64,000 bases of DNA from Octopus vulgaris (taxonomy: Eukaryota). The position numbers and the translations under genes were made by a program. Location: NCBI GenBank assembly GCA_951406725.2, contig OX597827.1:69316001-69380000 (forward strand), in the 5' to 3' direction. The notes below the pieces were generated by a model that was given only the letters and a program-made list of their open reading frames with translations, made no database searches and was not told the origin of the DNA. Position 1 is the first letter of the stretch. Every line of letters starts with the position of its first letter. This document shows, piece by piece, positions 49,166 to 61,385 of the stretch.

Positions 49166-49655
49166 GGATTTATATGTATATATATGTGTATATATATACA
49201 CACACACACACAGACTTATATGTTTATGATTGTGTCTGTATATTCATATGCACCATATATGCACATCCATATGTTATATCATTTACTATATGTGTATATA
49301 TAAATATATATGTACATGTGTTTATTTTTTTTGTATTTGTATATAAATATGTATCATCATCATCGTTTAACGTCCGTTTTCCGCGCTAGCACGAGTTGAT
49401 TTCTGAACCAGTTATGAATAACACTGTCATTAATGCAGTAATTTTTGAATGAGTGTTACAAATCTCTGAAGATTTCACATTGCAGTTTGGTTATATAATT
49501 TATATTGAATAGCTGTTGATCATCCTTTGTTAATGAAACTCACATACGAAGATCTAACTAAATATTTAATACACAAGCTGTACCATTGTGTTTCCTATTT
49601 TTACATATATATCTGTATGTGTGCATGTGTACATATACACATGTTTATATATGTT

Positions 49656-50690
49656 ATCATCATCATCATTTAATGTCTGTTGTCCATATTGGCATGGGTT
49701 GGACGTTTTGACTGGGCTGGCACACTGGAAGGCTGCACCAGACTCCAGTCTGATTCGGCTTGGCTTTCTACAGCTGCATGCTCTTCCTAATACTAACCAC
49801 TCCAAGAGAGTAATGGGTGCTTTTATATGCCACTGGCACAGGTGCCATTTACATAATACTAGGTTGCTTTTACATGCCACTGACACGGGTGTCACTTTGC
49901 GTGGCACCGGTATCTGCCATGACTGCGATTTTGCTCAGCTTGGTGGGTCTTCTTCTCAAGCATGACATAATGCCAAAGGTCTCGGTCATTGCCTCTGTGA
50001 GGCCCAACACTCAAAAGGAACCCAGCCACTTTGCTTCCTTGAGGCCCAATGCTTGAAAGGAACTAGACCACTTTGCCTTTGTGAGGCCCAACACTCAAAA
50101 GGAACTCAGTCACTTTGTCTCTGTGAGGCCCAACACTCAAAAGGAACCCAGCCACTTTGCCTCCTTGAGGCCCAATGCTTGAAAGGAACTAGACCACTTT
50201 GCCTTTGTGAGGACCAAAACTCAAAAGGAACTCAGCCACTTTTCCTCCTTGAGGCCCAATGCTTGAAAGGAACTAGACCACTTTGCCTTTGTGAGGCCCA
50301 ATACTCAAAAGGAACTCAGTCACTTTGTCTCTGTGAGGCCCAACACATGAAAGGTGTTCTTTTCGTGCCACCAGCATAACTATGATTTCACTTGGCTTGG
50401 CAGGTCCTTTCAAGCTCAGCACATCGCCAAAGGTCACTAATCATTGCTTCTGTGAGGGTCAAAGTTCGAAGATCATGTTGCACCACCTTCTCCCATGTTT
50501 TCCTGGGCCTACCTCTACCACATGTACCCTCCAAGTTAGAAATCAACACTTCTTTACACAGCTGTCCTCGTCCATAAGCATCACAAGACCATGCCAGCTC
50601 AGTCATTTATCTTGCATACCACATCTGATGCCTCTTATGCTTAACTTTTCTCTCAAGATGCTTACACTCTGTCAAACATGCACACTGGAG
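49656..50690 (-). mobile_element. RTE-clade LINE 3' portion with internal minisatellite and (GAT)n tail
   Basis: LEGTCGRGRPRKTWEKVVQHDLRTLTLTEAM..DLWR; tail (atc)n at 49656-49668. Confidence 0.8.
49990..50353. repeat. 42-bp minisatellite, ~8.5 copies
   Basis: gagg(c/a)ccaa at 49999, 50041, 50083, 50125, 50167, 50209, 50251, 50293, 50335. Confidence 0.95.
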
Positions 50691-50827
50691 TAGGGAGGCC
50701 AGTATGCATGGGCAACTTCTGATCTTCCATGAACAACTTTGCCCGGACTTGTGCCTTGGAGGAGAACTCTGTAGGTGCAAGCCCATCATTATTCATGATC
50801 AAAGGTGGGGTCTTTCCCCGTTATGTA

Positions 50828-50985
50828 AATTGTTAAAGAAGACAACAAACATTAAGGCAAGGGAAACATCTCGAGTCATATACATTATTATTATTGGAAA
50901 AAAGACTCTTTTTTTGCAATAAAAATAATATATATAACTTTAGATGTTTGCCTTATCTTAATTTTTGTTGTCTTCATTAACAATT
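50828..50985. repeat. AT-rich imperfect palindrome (MITE-like)
   Basis: aattgttaaagaagacaacaaa..aaaaaaga versus tctttttt..tttgttgtcttcattaacaatt. Confidence 0.8.
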
Positions 50986-51326
50986 ATATATCCGCTATAT
51001 TGGAAATCCATAACTACCGTCTCAGCTATAATCTTGGAGCCCTAGTAATCTGTTACAGCACTTACCTAGTGTACCTAGTCGTTTAGATCACCTGTGAACT
51101 AAAACCCCATATTTTTGTGTGTGTGTGTATATATATATATATTTATCATTATTTAATGTCCACTTTTCCATGGTTGCATGGGTCAGATGGAGTTTATTGA
51201 GACAGACTTGTCGACGGCAGGATGTCTTTCCTGTTGCTAAACCCTCACCTGTTTCCCAGTAAGGTAATCTTTCCCCATGGGCACTTGTGGTTTTTTTTTT
51301 TTTTTTTGCAGAATATTAGAAATTAA

Positions 51327-51400
51327 TGACTCTTGTATGACAGTGACTCTTGTATGACAATGACTCTTGTTTGACAGTGACTCTTGTTTGACAATGACTC
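51327..51400. repeat. 17-bp tandem repeat, about 4 copies
   Basis: tgactcttgt(a/t)tgaca(g/a). Confidence 0.85.
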
Positions 51401-51678
51401 TCATGTTTACCTCCATTGCACAATGTCAAGACAAGCAGACATGCACATTCACACACACTTACTCACACACACACACACACATACATGATGCGTTTCTTTC
51501 AGTTTCCATCTGCCAAATCCACTCTCGAGTCAACTTGGGGATCGTAGAAGAACATGCTTGCCCATAGTGCCACACATTGGGACTGAACTCAAAGCCATGT
51601 GGTTGGGAAGCAAACTTCTTACCTAAAAGCTACACCCAAATCCAAGATAATGTGCAGATGTTGAATCTCTACAAAAAG

Positions 51679-52054
51679 GTGGCTGTGTGGTAAGTAGCTT
51701 GCTTATGAACCACATGGTTCCGGGTTCAGTCCCATTGAGTGGCACCTTGGGCAAGTGTCTTCTACTATAGCCTCGATCCGACCAAAGCCTTGTGAGTGGA
51801 TTTGGTAGACAGAAACTGAAAGAAGCCTGTTGTGTGTGTATGTGTTTGTGTGTCTGTGTTTGTCCCTCCAACATCACTTGACAACCAATGCTAGTGTGTT
51901 TATGTCCCCGTAACTTAGCGGTTCGGCAAAAGAGACCGATAGAATAAGTACTAGGCTTGCAAAGAATAAGCCCTGGGGTCGATTTGCTCGACTAAAGGCG
52001 ATGCTCCAGCATGGCCACAGTCACATGACTGAAACAAGTTAAAGAGTAAAAGAG
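51679..52054 (+). mobile_element. CORE-like SINE
   Basis: Matches the 41782 copy. Confidence 0.88.
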
Positions 52055-52599
52055 AAACGCTTTGCCCAGCATGTCAACAGTTCTGCCAGCTCTCCACCAC
52101 CTCAATGAAGCTATAAACAAAAGCATGTAAAATATTGAGCAAAGTTGATCCTGTACGATTTGAACTCAAAGCTTACTGAGCCTGGACCTAACACTGCTAA
52201 GTAATCCACCAGGTGCTGTTTGTTGTAACGACTTTGTCAACTGACCGTTCAACTTCAGCTTGTGATGTAATTCACGATCGGCATCGCTGAAAGCTTTGGC
52301 AGAGTGCAGGCATAGTGCATCTGCATTTGCCTGATTGAGCAGCTGCTTTAATATCCACTCATATCGCCACGGCAGCAGCAGCAGTCAGCTGTGTGAGGCA
52401 GCTTATGCCATGCTGAGTATCAACTTAACGAAGTTATTTTCCTCTGAGAATGTTATTAGTTTATCTCTCTCTGTTAATTCATTTCTCTACTGTGTGTGCG
52501 GAGTCAGAGTGCTGGAACATCTGTAAATTTTACCATCTGCTTTGCTTCTCCCTTTATACCCAGGACAGCTACCTGCTTTCAGGGTTTTTAGAACTGCTA

Positions 52600-52990
52600 T
52601 TAACCCTTTCGATACCAACCTGGCTGAAACTGGCTCAAAATAAATACAGTAATGAAAGGGTTAAAATATATAATAGAGAAACAATTAACCCTTTCATTAC
52701 CAACCCGGCTGAAACTGCCTCTGGCTCTGAGTACAAATGTCTTGTTTTCATAAGTTTTGAATTAAAATCTTCTACCAAGCCTTAGTCACAGTTTATGTTT
52801 CTAACATCAGCTTAATGATAACTAAGTTGTTTTACTAAATTATTTGTTATATTTGAAATTAATTGAAAGAAACACAGAGCATCTCAAAAGAAAGGGTTAA
52901 AATATATAATAGAGACTAATAATTCTTAAACCTTTTGATACCAACCTGGCTGAAACTGGCTCTGGCTCTTTAGAACAAATGTCTTGTTTT
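52600..52990. mobile_element. Tandem piggyBac-like MITEs (deleted, full and truncated units)
   Basis: TTAA-CCCTTT..AAAGGG-TTAA at 52600-52664 and 52685-52900; third unit from 52926. Confidence 0.8.
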
Positions 52991-53016
52991 GACTGAAACA
53001 AGTAAAAGATATATAT

Positions 53017-53411
53017 GGCGTAGGAGTGGCTGTGTGGTAAGTAGCTTGCTAACGAACCACATGGTTCCAGGTTCAGTCCCACTGCGTGACACCTTGGGCG
53101 AGTGTCTTCTACTATAGCCTAGTGCTGACCAAAGCCTTATGAGTGGATTTAGTAGACGGAAACTGAAAGAAGCCCGTCGTATATATGTATGTATATGTTT
53201 GTGTGTCTGTGTTTGTCCCCCCAACATCGTTTGACAACCGATGCTGGTGTGTTTACATCCCCAGTAACTTAGAGGTTCGGCACAAAAGTACTAAGTATAA
53301 GTACTAAGAATAAGTACTAAGGCTTACAAAGAATAAGTCCTGAGGTCGATTTGCTCGACTAAAGGCAGTGCTCCAGCATGGCCACAGTCAAATTACTGAA
53401 ACAAGTAAAAA
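53017..53411 (+). mobile_element. CORE-like SINE
   Basis: Matches the 41782 copy. Confidence 0.88.
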
Positions 53412-53984
53412 ATATATATATGTACATTACACACACAACACAAACAAACACATGTTTATTCGTGTGAGTTTCTTACAGTTTAGCTTAGGTATCAGAAAAA
53501 TCCCATTCAATTCTAAAAAACCCTAATTACTATAAATCCAATTATCCTAATATATTTTCACCCCTTTTCCCCCAATCCCACCCTGGTTGTTCTACTGTAT
53601 TATTACTTATGGCAGCATAGGTTTAACATTATCGTGGAGGGGTGAGGGGTATGGCTGGAGAGGATCTTGTTAATCCAAGGAATGTCACATGACCAATCAG
53701 ACATGTTGGGCAGGAAATGATATTTGCACTAATCTCATACTGCAGTTATAACCACTCAATACATTGAAGATGGGTTTTTTAGTATGGATGCTGTGTTTTT
53801 TGTTTTTACATGTTATGTTGTAGGATATTTTTGTTGTTTTTTAGGGGTTTTGTTATGTTTTATAAGTATAAATATATATATATGCAAGTATGTACCTACA
53901 CACACACACATATTCTTTTATTCTTTTATTCTTTTACTTGTTTCAATCATTTGACAAGTAAAAGAGTATGTGTATATATATACA

Positions 53985-54046
<62 letters not shown>

Positions 54047-54768
54047 CATACACATATACATATACATGGGGGTCAGTCAGGCGGTACTGGCAACGACCTT
54101 GTTCGAATCTTTTTACACATGCCACCGGCACGGGTGCCAGTAAGGCGATGCTGGTAACGATCACGCTTGAATGGTGCCATTTATGTGCCACCGGCACGGA
54201 GGCCAGTTAGCCACTCTGGCAACAATCATGCTCGGATGGTGCTCTTAGCACCCTATGTATATATATCGTGCTAGAAGCGGCTCTCGTTATTTTTGACAAA
54301 ACTGTGGGGAAATGACTCTGTGACGTGAAATTTGCAGTCAAAATAGTACCAGACATCTTGCAGTGCTTTGTCAATGGAACCTACTACGGTGACCGAGACA
54401 GCGGCAGAAGTATCGTACAAGCTTTTGTCACTTAAATCCAATACTGTACAGATGTCTCACTATCGTTTCATTTCTTATCCATTTTTGTATTTTATGAATT
54501 CCTACCATGATGGATGCATGGCACGGAAAGTCATACTCAAAGACATGCAAGAATGAAAGCAAATCAGAATGATCGACCTGAATGTGAGACATATATCATC
54601 TGATAAGATGAGATTAATCGTGTCGAGAATGATCCGGTTCTTGACTGAAGATTAGAGGCTTCGAATGACCCATCTGTTTTTTTGTGTCGTCTATTTGAAT
54701 GTTTTGCGTTCTTGTCCCATTTTGTATTTTTATATATATTTTTTATATATACATATATATATATATTG

Positions 54769-54943
54769 CGTTGGCGATTTTTTTTCCTCTGTCTTCCCTT
54801 CTCTGGATCTTTCCTTCTCCTATATTTCCGATGAAGAGCTCCGCTCGAAACGTTAAACCCTCCTTCTTTCCTGAGCGTCCAATAATACTATATTTGTTCC
54901 ACATCCTCGCGTTGTTGTGTTTTTTGTGCTTTCTTGTTTGGAT

Positions 54944-54950
<7 letters not shown>
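54769..54950 (+). mobile_element. Short repeat, family B, with minimal hammerhead-like motif
   Basis: ttt-CCGATGA-AGAGC-tcc-GCTC-GAAAC-GTT-aaa (54825-54857); second copy at 62736-62924. Confidence 0.7.
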
Positions 54951-54974
<24 letters not shown>

Positions 54975-55019
54975 TCATTCATTCATTCATTCAACATGTG
55001 AAATCATTAATCCAGACAT

Positions 55020-55528
55020 GCTTTTTGTCTCTCTCTGTTTTTATTTTTTTCTTCATTCATTTCTGTAGAAGAGCGTAGACTCAAAATGTCAAAGACTACT
55101 ATTTTTCCTCGTTCTTAAGACTAATACCCCTTGTTCCTTGCCACCTGTCTCTGTCTTCTCGTTTTTGTAAAAGTTTATATCATATATATATATATGTATA
55201 ATTCCTTTCTGTAGAAAGTGTAAGCTTGAAACATCAATGGCTCTTCCATTTTTCTTGGGTGTCAAACTAATACACCATGTTTCATGTCACTTGTCTTGAC
55301 TCTGTCTTCTGTTTTTTCTTGTAAAATTTTGAGCCATGATAGATTGTTAGCTACTACACACATTTTTTTTCTCTCCTTGTTTCTCTCCTTGTTTTTCTTG
55401 TGTATATTTCTGTAGAAGAGCGTAGGCTCGAAACGTAAAAGACTTTTTCTATGAGCGCTATACTAATACATCTGTTTGGTTGTACACCACCTGCCTTCAT
55501 CTTTTGTTTGTATTTGTAAACTTTCCCT
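55020..55528 (+). mobile_element. Three head-to-tail family A repeats
   Basis: CTGTAGA cores at 55063, 55209 and 55410; the last is ttt-CTGTAGA-AGAGC-gtag-GCTC-GAAAC-GTA-aaa. Confidence 0.7.
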
Positions 55529-55643
55529 TTATATATATATATGTAGATAGATTGGTAAGTAGGTAGAGATAGATAGATAAACAGATACATAAAAATATAT
55601 ATCAGAGTAGTATAGATTTCATAAACCATTGTCTGATATATAT

Positions 55644-55892
55644 ATCATCATCATCATCATCATCATCGTTTAACGTCCGTTTTCCGCGCTAGCACGGGTT
55701 GGACGGTTTCGACCGGGGTCTGGGGAGCTCGGGACTGCCCCAGGCTCCAATCTAGTCTGGCAGTGTTTCTACAGCTGGATGCCCTTCCTAACGCCAACTA
55801 CTCCGCGAGTGTAGTGGGTGTTTTTTACGTGCCACCTGCACAGGTGCCAGAGGGGTCTGGCATCGGCCACGTTCGGATGGTGCTTTTTATGT
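55644..55892 (-). mobile_element. (GAT)n-tailed RTE-related retroposon 3' end
   Basis: (atc)n-gtttaacgtccg..ctggatgcccttcctaacgccaac. Confidence 0.78.
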
Positions 55893-56165
55893 GGGGGGGG
55901 TGCAGAAATATAGGGGAGCACCAGTGGGGAGGGGTGGTTCAGAGAAATGATGACAGGTTCTAGGCAAGTAGAACGTAGGATATCGAGAGAGGGGTAATGC
56001 ATGGTGAAATAGCGTATTGAAGAGGGGGTTCGAAGAGTAGACACCTATAATGGTGGTGGGAGAAGCGACATCCGGTATAGATGGAGCAAAATATAGAGAT
56101 ATCCGGTATTGGTGGTGGGGGTGGGCAGGGCGGGTGAAGATACGAAGTTTGATTTTAGACGAATG

Positions 56166-56201
<36 letters not shown>

Positions 56202-56782
56202 GAAATTAGATAGATAGAGAAATTTGATAAATAGTTAGACAGATAGAGAAACATAAATAAATGGTAACCGAAGTGAAAATTAAGCATTCAACTTATCTGC
56301 ACTCAGGACTACAGCTTGTAGATGAGTGAGAGAGAGAGAGAGAGAGAGAGAACATATGTGTATTAGAGGGGACATACTTCAAGATGGCGCGAAGATACGA
56401 AGTTTGATTTTAGACGAATGTAGATAGATAGATAGATAGAGAAATTAGATAGATAGAGAAATTTGATAAATAGTTAGACAGATAGAGAAACATAAGAGGG
56501 AGTATCCGGTGTAGATGGTGAGAACAGTGTTCACCGGTATTGGTGGTGGGGGTGGGAGGGCGGGCGCACCGCGCATTGGGGAGAAGATGAGGTTTTAGGC
56601 GGCAGAAAGAAGACAGGATTGAGATGAAATGCTTTGCGGTGTGTGAATAAGTTTTTGTGAGTGAAAGTTTTTATGCTTCAGCTAGCATTTGAGACGAAAG
56701 ACAACGATAACGCTATTAGATGGGGATACAATAATAATAAGGCTTGCTAAAACAATGAAAATATATATATATATATATATAT

Positions 56783-57012
56783 ATTTCTTTATTGCCCACA
56801 AGGGGCTAAACATAGAAGGGACAAACAAGGACAGACAAACAGATTAAGTCGATTACATCAACCCCAGTGCGAAACTGGTACTTTATTTATCGACCCCGAA
56901 AGGATGAAAGGCAAAGTCGGCCTCGGCGGAATTTGAACTCAGAACGTAACGACAGACGAAATACTGCTAAGCATTTCGCTCAACGCGCTAACGTGTCTGC
57001 CACCTCGCTGCC
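56783..57012 (-). mobile_element. Nin/Deu-like tRNA-derived SINE
   Basis: Reverse complement of 1084-1316. Confidence 0.87.
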
Positions 57013-57013
57013 T

Positions 57014-57054
<41 letters not shown>

Positions 57055-57268
57055 TACATTCACATACACACAAACATTGACAAAAAAAATAAGAGAAATG
57101 AAATCTTACCTTTCGTTTAATGGCTTGAAAGCTTCAGGATTGACATGGGCAATTTTTATGTACCTATTCCTTTCTAGATTGCCTACTAACAAACGAATTT
57201 TTGACTCAATGTAACCATGCCATTCTAAGTAATGCATGTCTGTTTCTGCTCATGCTATAACAACAATG

Positions 57269-57318
<50 letters not shown>

Positions 57319-57321
<3 letters not shown>

Positions 57322-57607
57322 TTAAGTATCTTTAAAGTCAAAGCAATGCAAGTTATGAGAAATTAATGATACAGGTGAGTGGTTGGTGCTATTACCTGGT
57401 ATTTTAATATTTGAGGGTCAGGATTCCTTTTTCAGGACATCTATTCAGAGAAGTCAGGTACAATACCTTTTCTTCGAAGATTTCCTGAAGGAGGAGGACT
57501 GACCCTGAAATATTAAAATGCAAGGTAAAAGTACAAACCACTGACCTCTGTTATTAAGTTTTATTTTATAAATTGCATTGTTTTGGCTTTAAAAAAATAA
57601 TTAGGAA
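57319..57607. repeat. Long imperfect foldback (MITE-like)
   Basis: tttaaagtcaaagcaatgcaa..attttaatatttgagggtcag versus ctgaccctgaaatattaaaat..ttgcattgttttggctttaaa. Confidence 0.78.
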
Positions 57608-57629
57608 CATTTTCTCACACACACACAGG

Positions 57630-57952
57630 TAGAGGATAAAGACCCCCTTCAGTCATAGAAAGTTCCCCTCTGAGGCATAAGTCCAGGCAAGGTTGTTTGT
57701 AGAAGACCAGCAGCTGCCCGTGTGTATCAGTTTTCGCCCCCACCCCATACTACTGATGTTGTCCAAGGGAAAGGCAAAGGCTGATACAGCTTGGCATCAA
57801 TGCCGTTGCAACTCATTCCTATGGCTGAGTGAACAGGGTCGATAACACTACACATCACCAAGAACACAACACACAGTCTGGTCCAGGAATTGAACTCACT
57901 GCCTCATGATTGTGAAGCCCAATGCTCTAACCACTAAGCCATTGCACCTTCA
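57630..57952 (-). mobile_element. Old tRNA-derived SINE
   Basis: Head ccaggaattgaactc..ctaaccactaagcca; a related plus-strand head follows at 57982-58080. Confidence 0.7.
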
Positions 57953-58354
57953 CATATACACACGCGTGTGTGTGTGTATTTGAAGGCACATGGCCTAGTG
58001 GTTAGGGTGTTACACTCACAATTGCCAGATCATGGGTTCAATTCCTGAGCAGGGCAGCATGTTGTGCTCTTGAGAAAATCACCTCATTGCTCTGCAGGTA
58101 GGTGAGTGCCAGAATCATTGGCACATTGGCAGAAATCCTTTACGTTATATCTTCCCTCTGCATTCTCAGTTCAAATCCCACCTGCATGGAAACGGCAATA
58201 GGAAACCTCTCCTGCATTCATCCCAAAGTCTCATCTTGGCTGACCATAGTTCCAGTAGCCTATCCAATGGCTGGAGAAGGATAACATGCACAGAACATAC
58301 CCAAGGACACACCACCACTAGATGTCTGTATATGTTTGTACTATATATATATAT

Positions 58355-58569
58355 ACTCTTTTATTTGTTTCAGTCATGTTGACTGTGCCCATGCTGGAAC
58401 ACCGTCTTTAGTCAAGCAAATCGATCTCTGGACTTATTCTTTGTAAGCCTAATACTTATTCTATCGGTCTCTTTTGCCAAACTGCTAAGTTACGGGGACG
58501 TAAACACACCACCATCGGTTGTCAAGTGATATTGGAGGGGGGGGGGGGGGCAAACACAGATACACAAAC

Positions 58570-58606
<37 letters not shown>

Positions 58607-58629
58607 AAAACCGAAAGAAGCCTGTTGTG

Positions 58630-58671
<42 letters not shown>

Positions 58672-58842
58672 TACATATATACAACGGGCTTCTTTCAGTT
58701 TCCATCTACCAAATCCACTCACAAGGCTTTGGTCGGCCCAAGGCCATAGTAGAAGATGCTTGCCCAAGGTGCCACGCAGTGGGACTGAGCCTGGAAATAT
58801 GTGGTTTATAAACAAGCTACTTACCACACAGCCACTCCTACG

Positions 58843-58844
<2 letters not shown>
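58355..58844 (-). mobile_element. CORE-like SINE
   Basis: Reverse complement of the 41782 family. Confidence 0.87.
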
Positions 58845-58884
<40 letters not shown>

Positions 58885-58887
<3 letters not shown>

Positions 58888-59064
58888 AGAATTCACGAAA
58901 AAAACAAAAGACGAAGACTGGTGTTGTAGAAAACAAACAGATGTATTAGTATACCGCTCGGGAATTGAAAAAGTCTTTAATGTTTCGAGCCTACGCTCTT
59001 CTACAGAAAGGAACAGATAAAGAAACAAGGAGAGAAAAAAATGTGTGTAGTGGCTACTGATCTA
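58885..59064 (-). mobile_element. Family A short repeat with hammerhead-like motif
   Basis: Reverse complement cttt-CTGTAGA-AGAGC-gtag-GCTC-GAAAC-ATT-aaag (58975-59010). Confidence 0.7.
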
Positions 59065-60457
59065 TATATATTATATGCATTTGTGTATATTTGATGCATA
59101 TATACATATATATCACCATCATTGTCCATGTTATATGGGAGTACATATTTTATTATTTGTGTATGTCAGTATAAATTGTTGTTGGCACCTTTCAGGGCCA
59201 AATATGATTTTTCATTTATGTATGTGTATGTATACACACACACAAACACAGTATTTTCTGGCATACAAGCCAACATAGTATAGAGTGTAAACATGTCATG
59301 TAAACATTCAAACATCGTCACTATCTTTCCATTATCTTTCTGCATTTCACATGGAATCTCTGGTCCTCCAATGTCATGTTTGTCTATAAGCCAACGTACC
59401 TTTTTTTTTTTTTGCTTTTTGCTGTAAATTTTGGTTTGAAAAATTCATGCCAAAAAAATACGATTTTTATGTATGTATGTATGTGTATATATGTGTGTGT
59501 GTGTATGTATATGTATGTATGTATGTTTGTAACTATATATATGTATATATATATATATGCATGTGTTTGTATGTATATATATATGTATGTATGTTTGTAT
59601 GTATATATATATATGTATGTATGTTTGTATGTATACATATATGTATGTATGTATATGTATGTTTGTATGTATGTATATATATGTATGTTTGTATGTGTGT
59701 GTATATATATATGTTTGTATATATATGTGTATGTTTGTATGTATATATATATATGTGTGTGTATGTATATATATATACATATATGTGTGTGTGTGTGTGT
59801 CACGCATGTATACATTCACACAGGTGAATTGGTATATATAGTTATCCTTTGCTATATAAAAAAAAAAATTAGTTAAAAAAACTATGCAGTCTGCACACAT
59901 TCATAAATGTGCGTGGCCCCTGCTGTTACCATACACTATTCTATATAGTGCTATTGTTCATATTCTGCCAGTAGAATTTTTCATATTAATCCCACTGTGT
60001 AAGCATCTCACTGTCTACATATCTAAAGGTATTCAAATGTATTTGTTATTAGTGATGGAAGCTGTATTAGTTCAGAATAGCATCCTGTATATCTTAAGGT
60101 AGATAAAATGTAGAAAGCCTGAACTTTTCTTTTGCTGCTGTTGCACTTCTGTGCTTTTTAGCACTATACATCTATACAAGATGCTTTCTCAAGATGAATA
60201 ACAGTTTTCTAAATTGTTACGGTCGGGCCACTATCTTCCACTGGATTTTTACTTTTTGACCTACAGATTTAAAAAATAATTTTCTGTAACTGAACACTTT
60301 CAAACTTCGGACACTGGTGGAATGTGTCTTATAAAACATCTTTTACTCTTAGCGTTTTTGAGAAAAACTTATATTTACAAAGTTATTTCATGTTAAAGTA
60401 GTCATATTTCAGTAATTTCAACCAATCAATGACGTGCATTCAGCTGAATAAAATTAC

Positions 60458-60638
60458 TGCTGTTGTTTGTCAACAAGAACTTCCAGCGGTGTATTTTTCG
60501 TTTGTCACTGTTATTTATGACAGCCCTAACTCTAACCCTAGAATCCTTAAAACCAGTACAAACACACGAACGATGTCACAAATAACAGTGACAAACGAAA
60601 TATACACTGCTGGAAGTTGTTGTTGACAAACAACAGCA
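60458..60638. repeat. 65-bp inverted repeats around a CCCTAA-containing spacer
   Basis: 60458-60522 versus 60574-60638; ccctaactctaaccctag in the spacer. Confidence 0.8.
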
Positions 60639-60646
60639 AGTGGAAA

Positions 60647-61352
60647 TTAACCCTTTCGATACCAACCCAGTTGAAACTGCCTCTGGTTCTGTTGTACAAA
60701 TGTCTTGTTTTCATTAGTTTTGAATTAAAATCTTTCACCAAACTTTAGTCACAATTTATGTTCCTAACACTAGCTTAATGATAACTAAGTTATTTTACTA
60801 AATTCTTTGTTATATTTAAAATTAATTGAAAGAAACACAGAGCATTTCAAAATAAATACAGTAATGAAAGGGTTAAAATATATAACAGAGAAACAATTCT
60901 TAACCCTTTTGATACCAACTCTGGCTCTGAGTACAAATGTCTTGTTTTCATAAGTTCTCAATTAAAATCTTCCACCAAGCCTTAGTCACAATTTATGTTC
61001 CTAACACTAGCTTAATGATAACCAAGTTATTTTACTAAATTCTTTGTTATATTTAAAATTAATTGAAAGAAACACAGAGCATTTCAAAAGAAAGGGTTAA
61101 CATATATAATAGAGAAACAATTCTTAACCCTTTTGATACCAACCTGGCTGAAACCAGCTCCGGCTCTGAGTACAAATGTCTTGTTTTCATAAATTTTGAA
61201 TTAAAATCTTCCACCAAACCTTAGTCACAATTTATGTTCCTAACACTAGCTGAATGATAACTAAGTTATTTTACTAAATTCTTTGTTATATTTAAAATTA
61301 ATTGAAAGAAACACAGAGCATCTCAACAGAAATACAGTAATGAAAGGGTTAA
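60647..61352. mobile_element. Array of three piggyBac-like MITEs
   Basis: TTAA-CCCTTT..AAAGGG-TTAA units at 60647-60876, 60900-61100 and 61124-61352. Confidence 0.88.
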
Positions 61353-61385
61353 ACAATGATGATGATACAGTATGCTATTCAAGTG

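Noticed and set aside
49990-50353. Possible CRISPR array or 14-aa repeat protein
   Set aside because: The units are contiguous with no unique spacers, there are no cas genes, and the array lies inside a eukaryotic retroelement.
54265-54435. Short coding-looking stretch (VKFAVKIVPDILQCFVNGTYYGD)
   Set aside because: Bounded by stops, with no recognisable domain or convincing splice sites.
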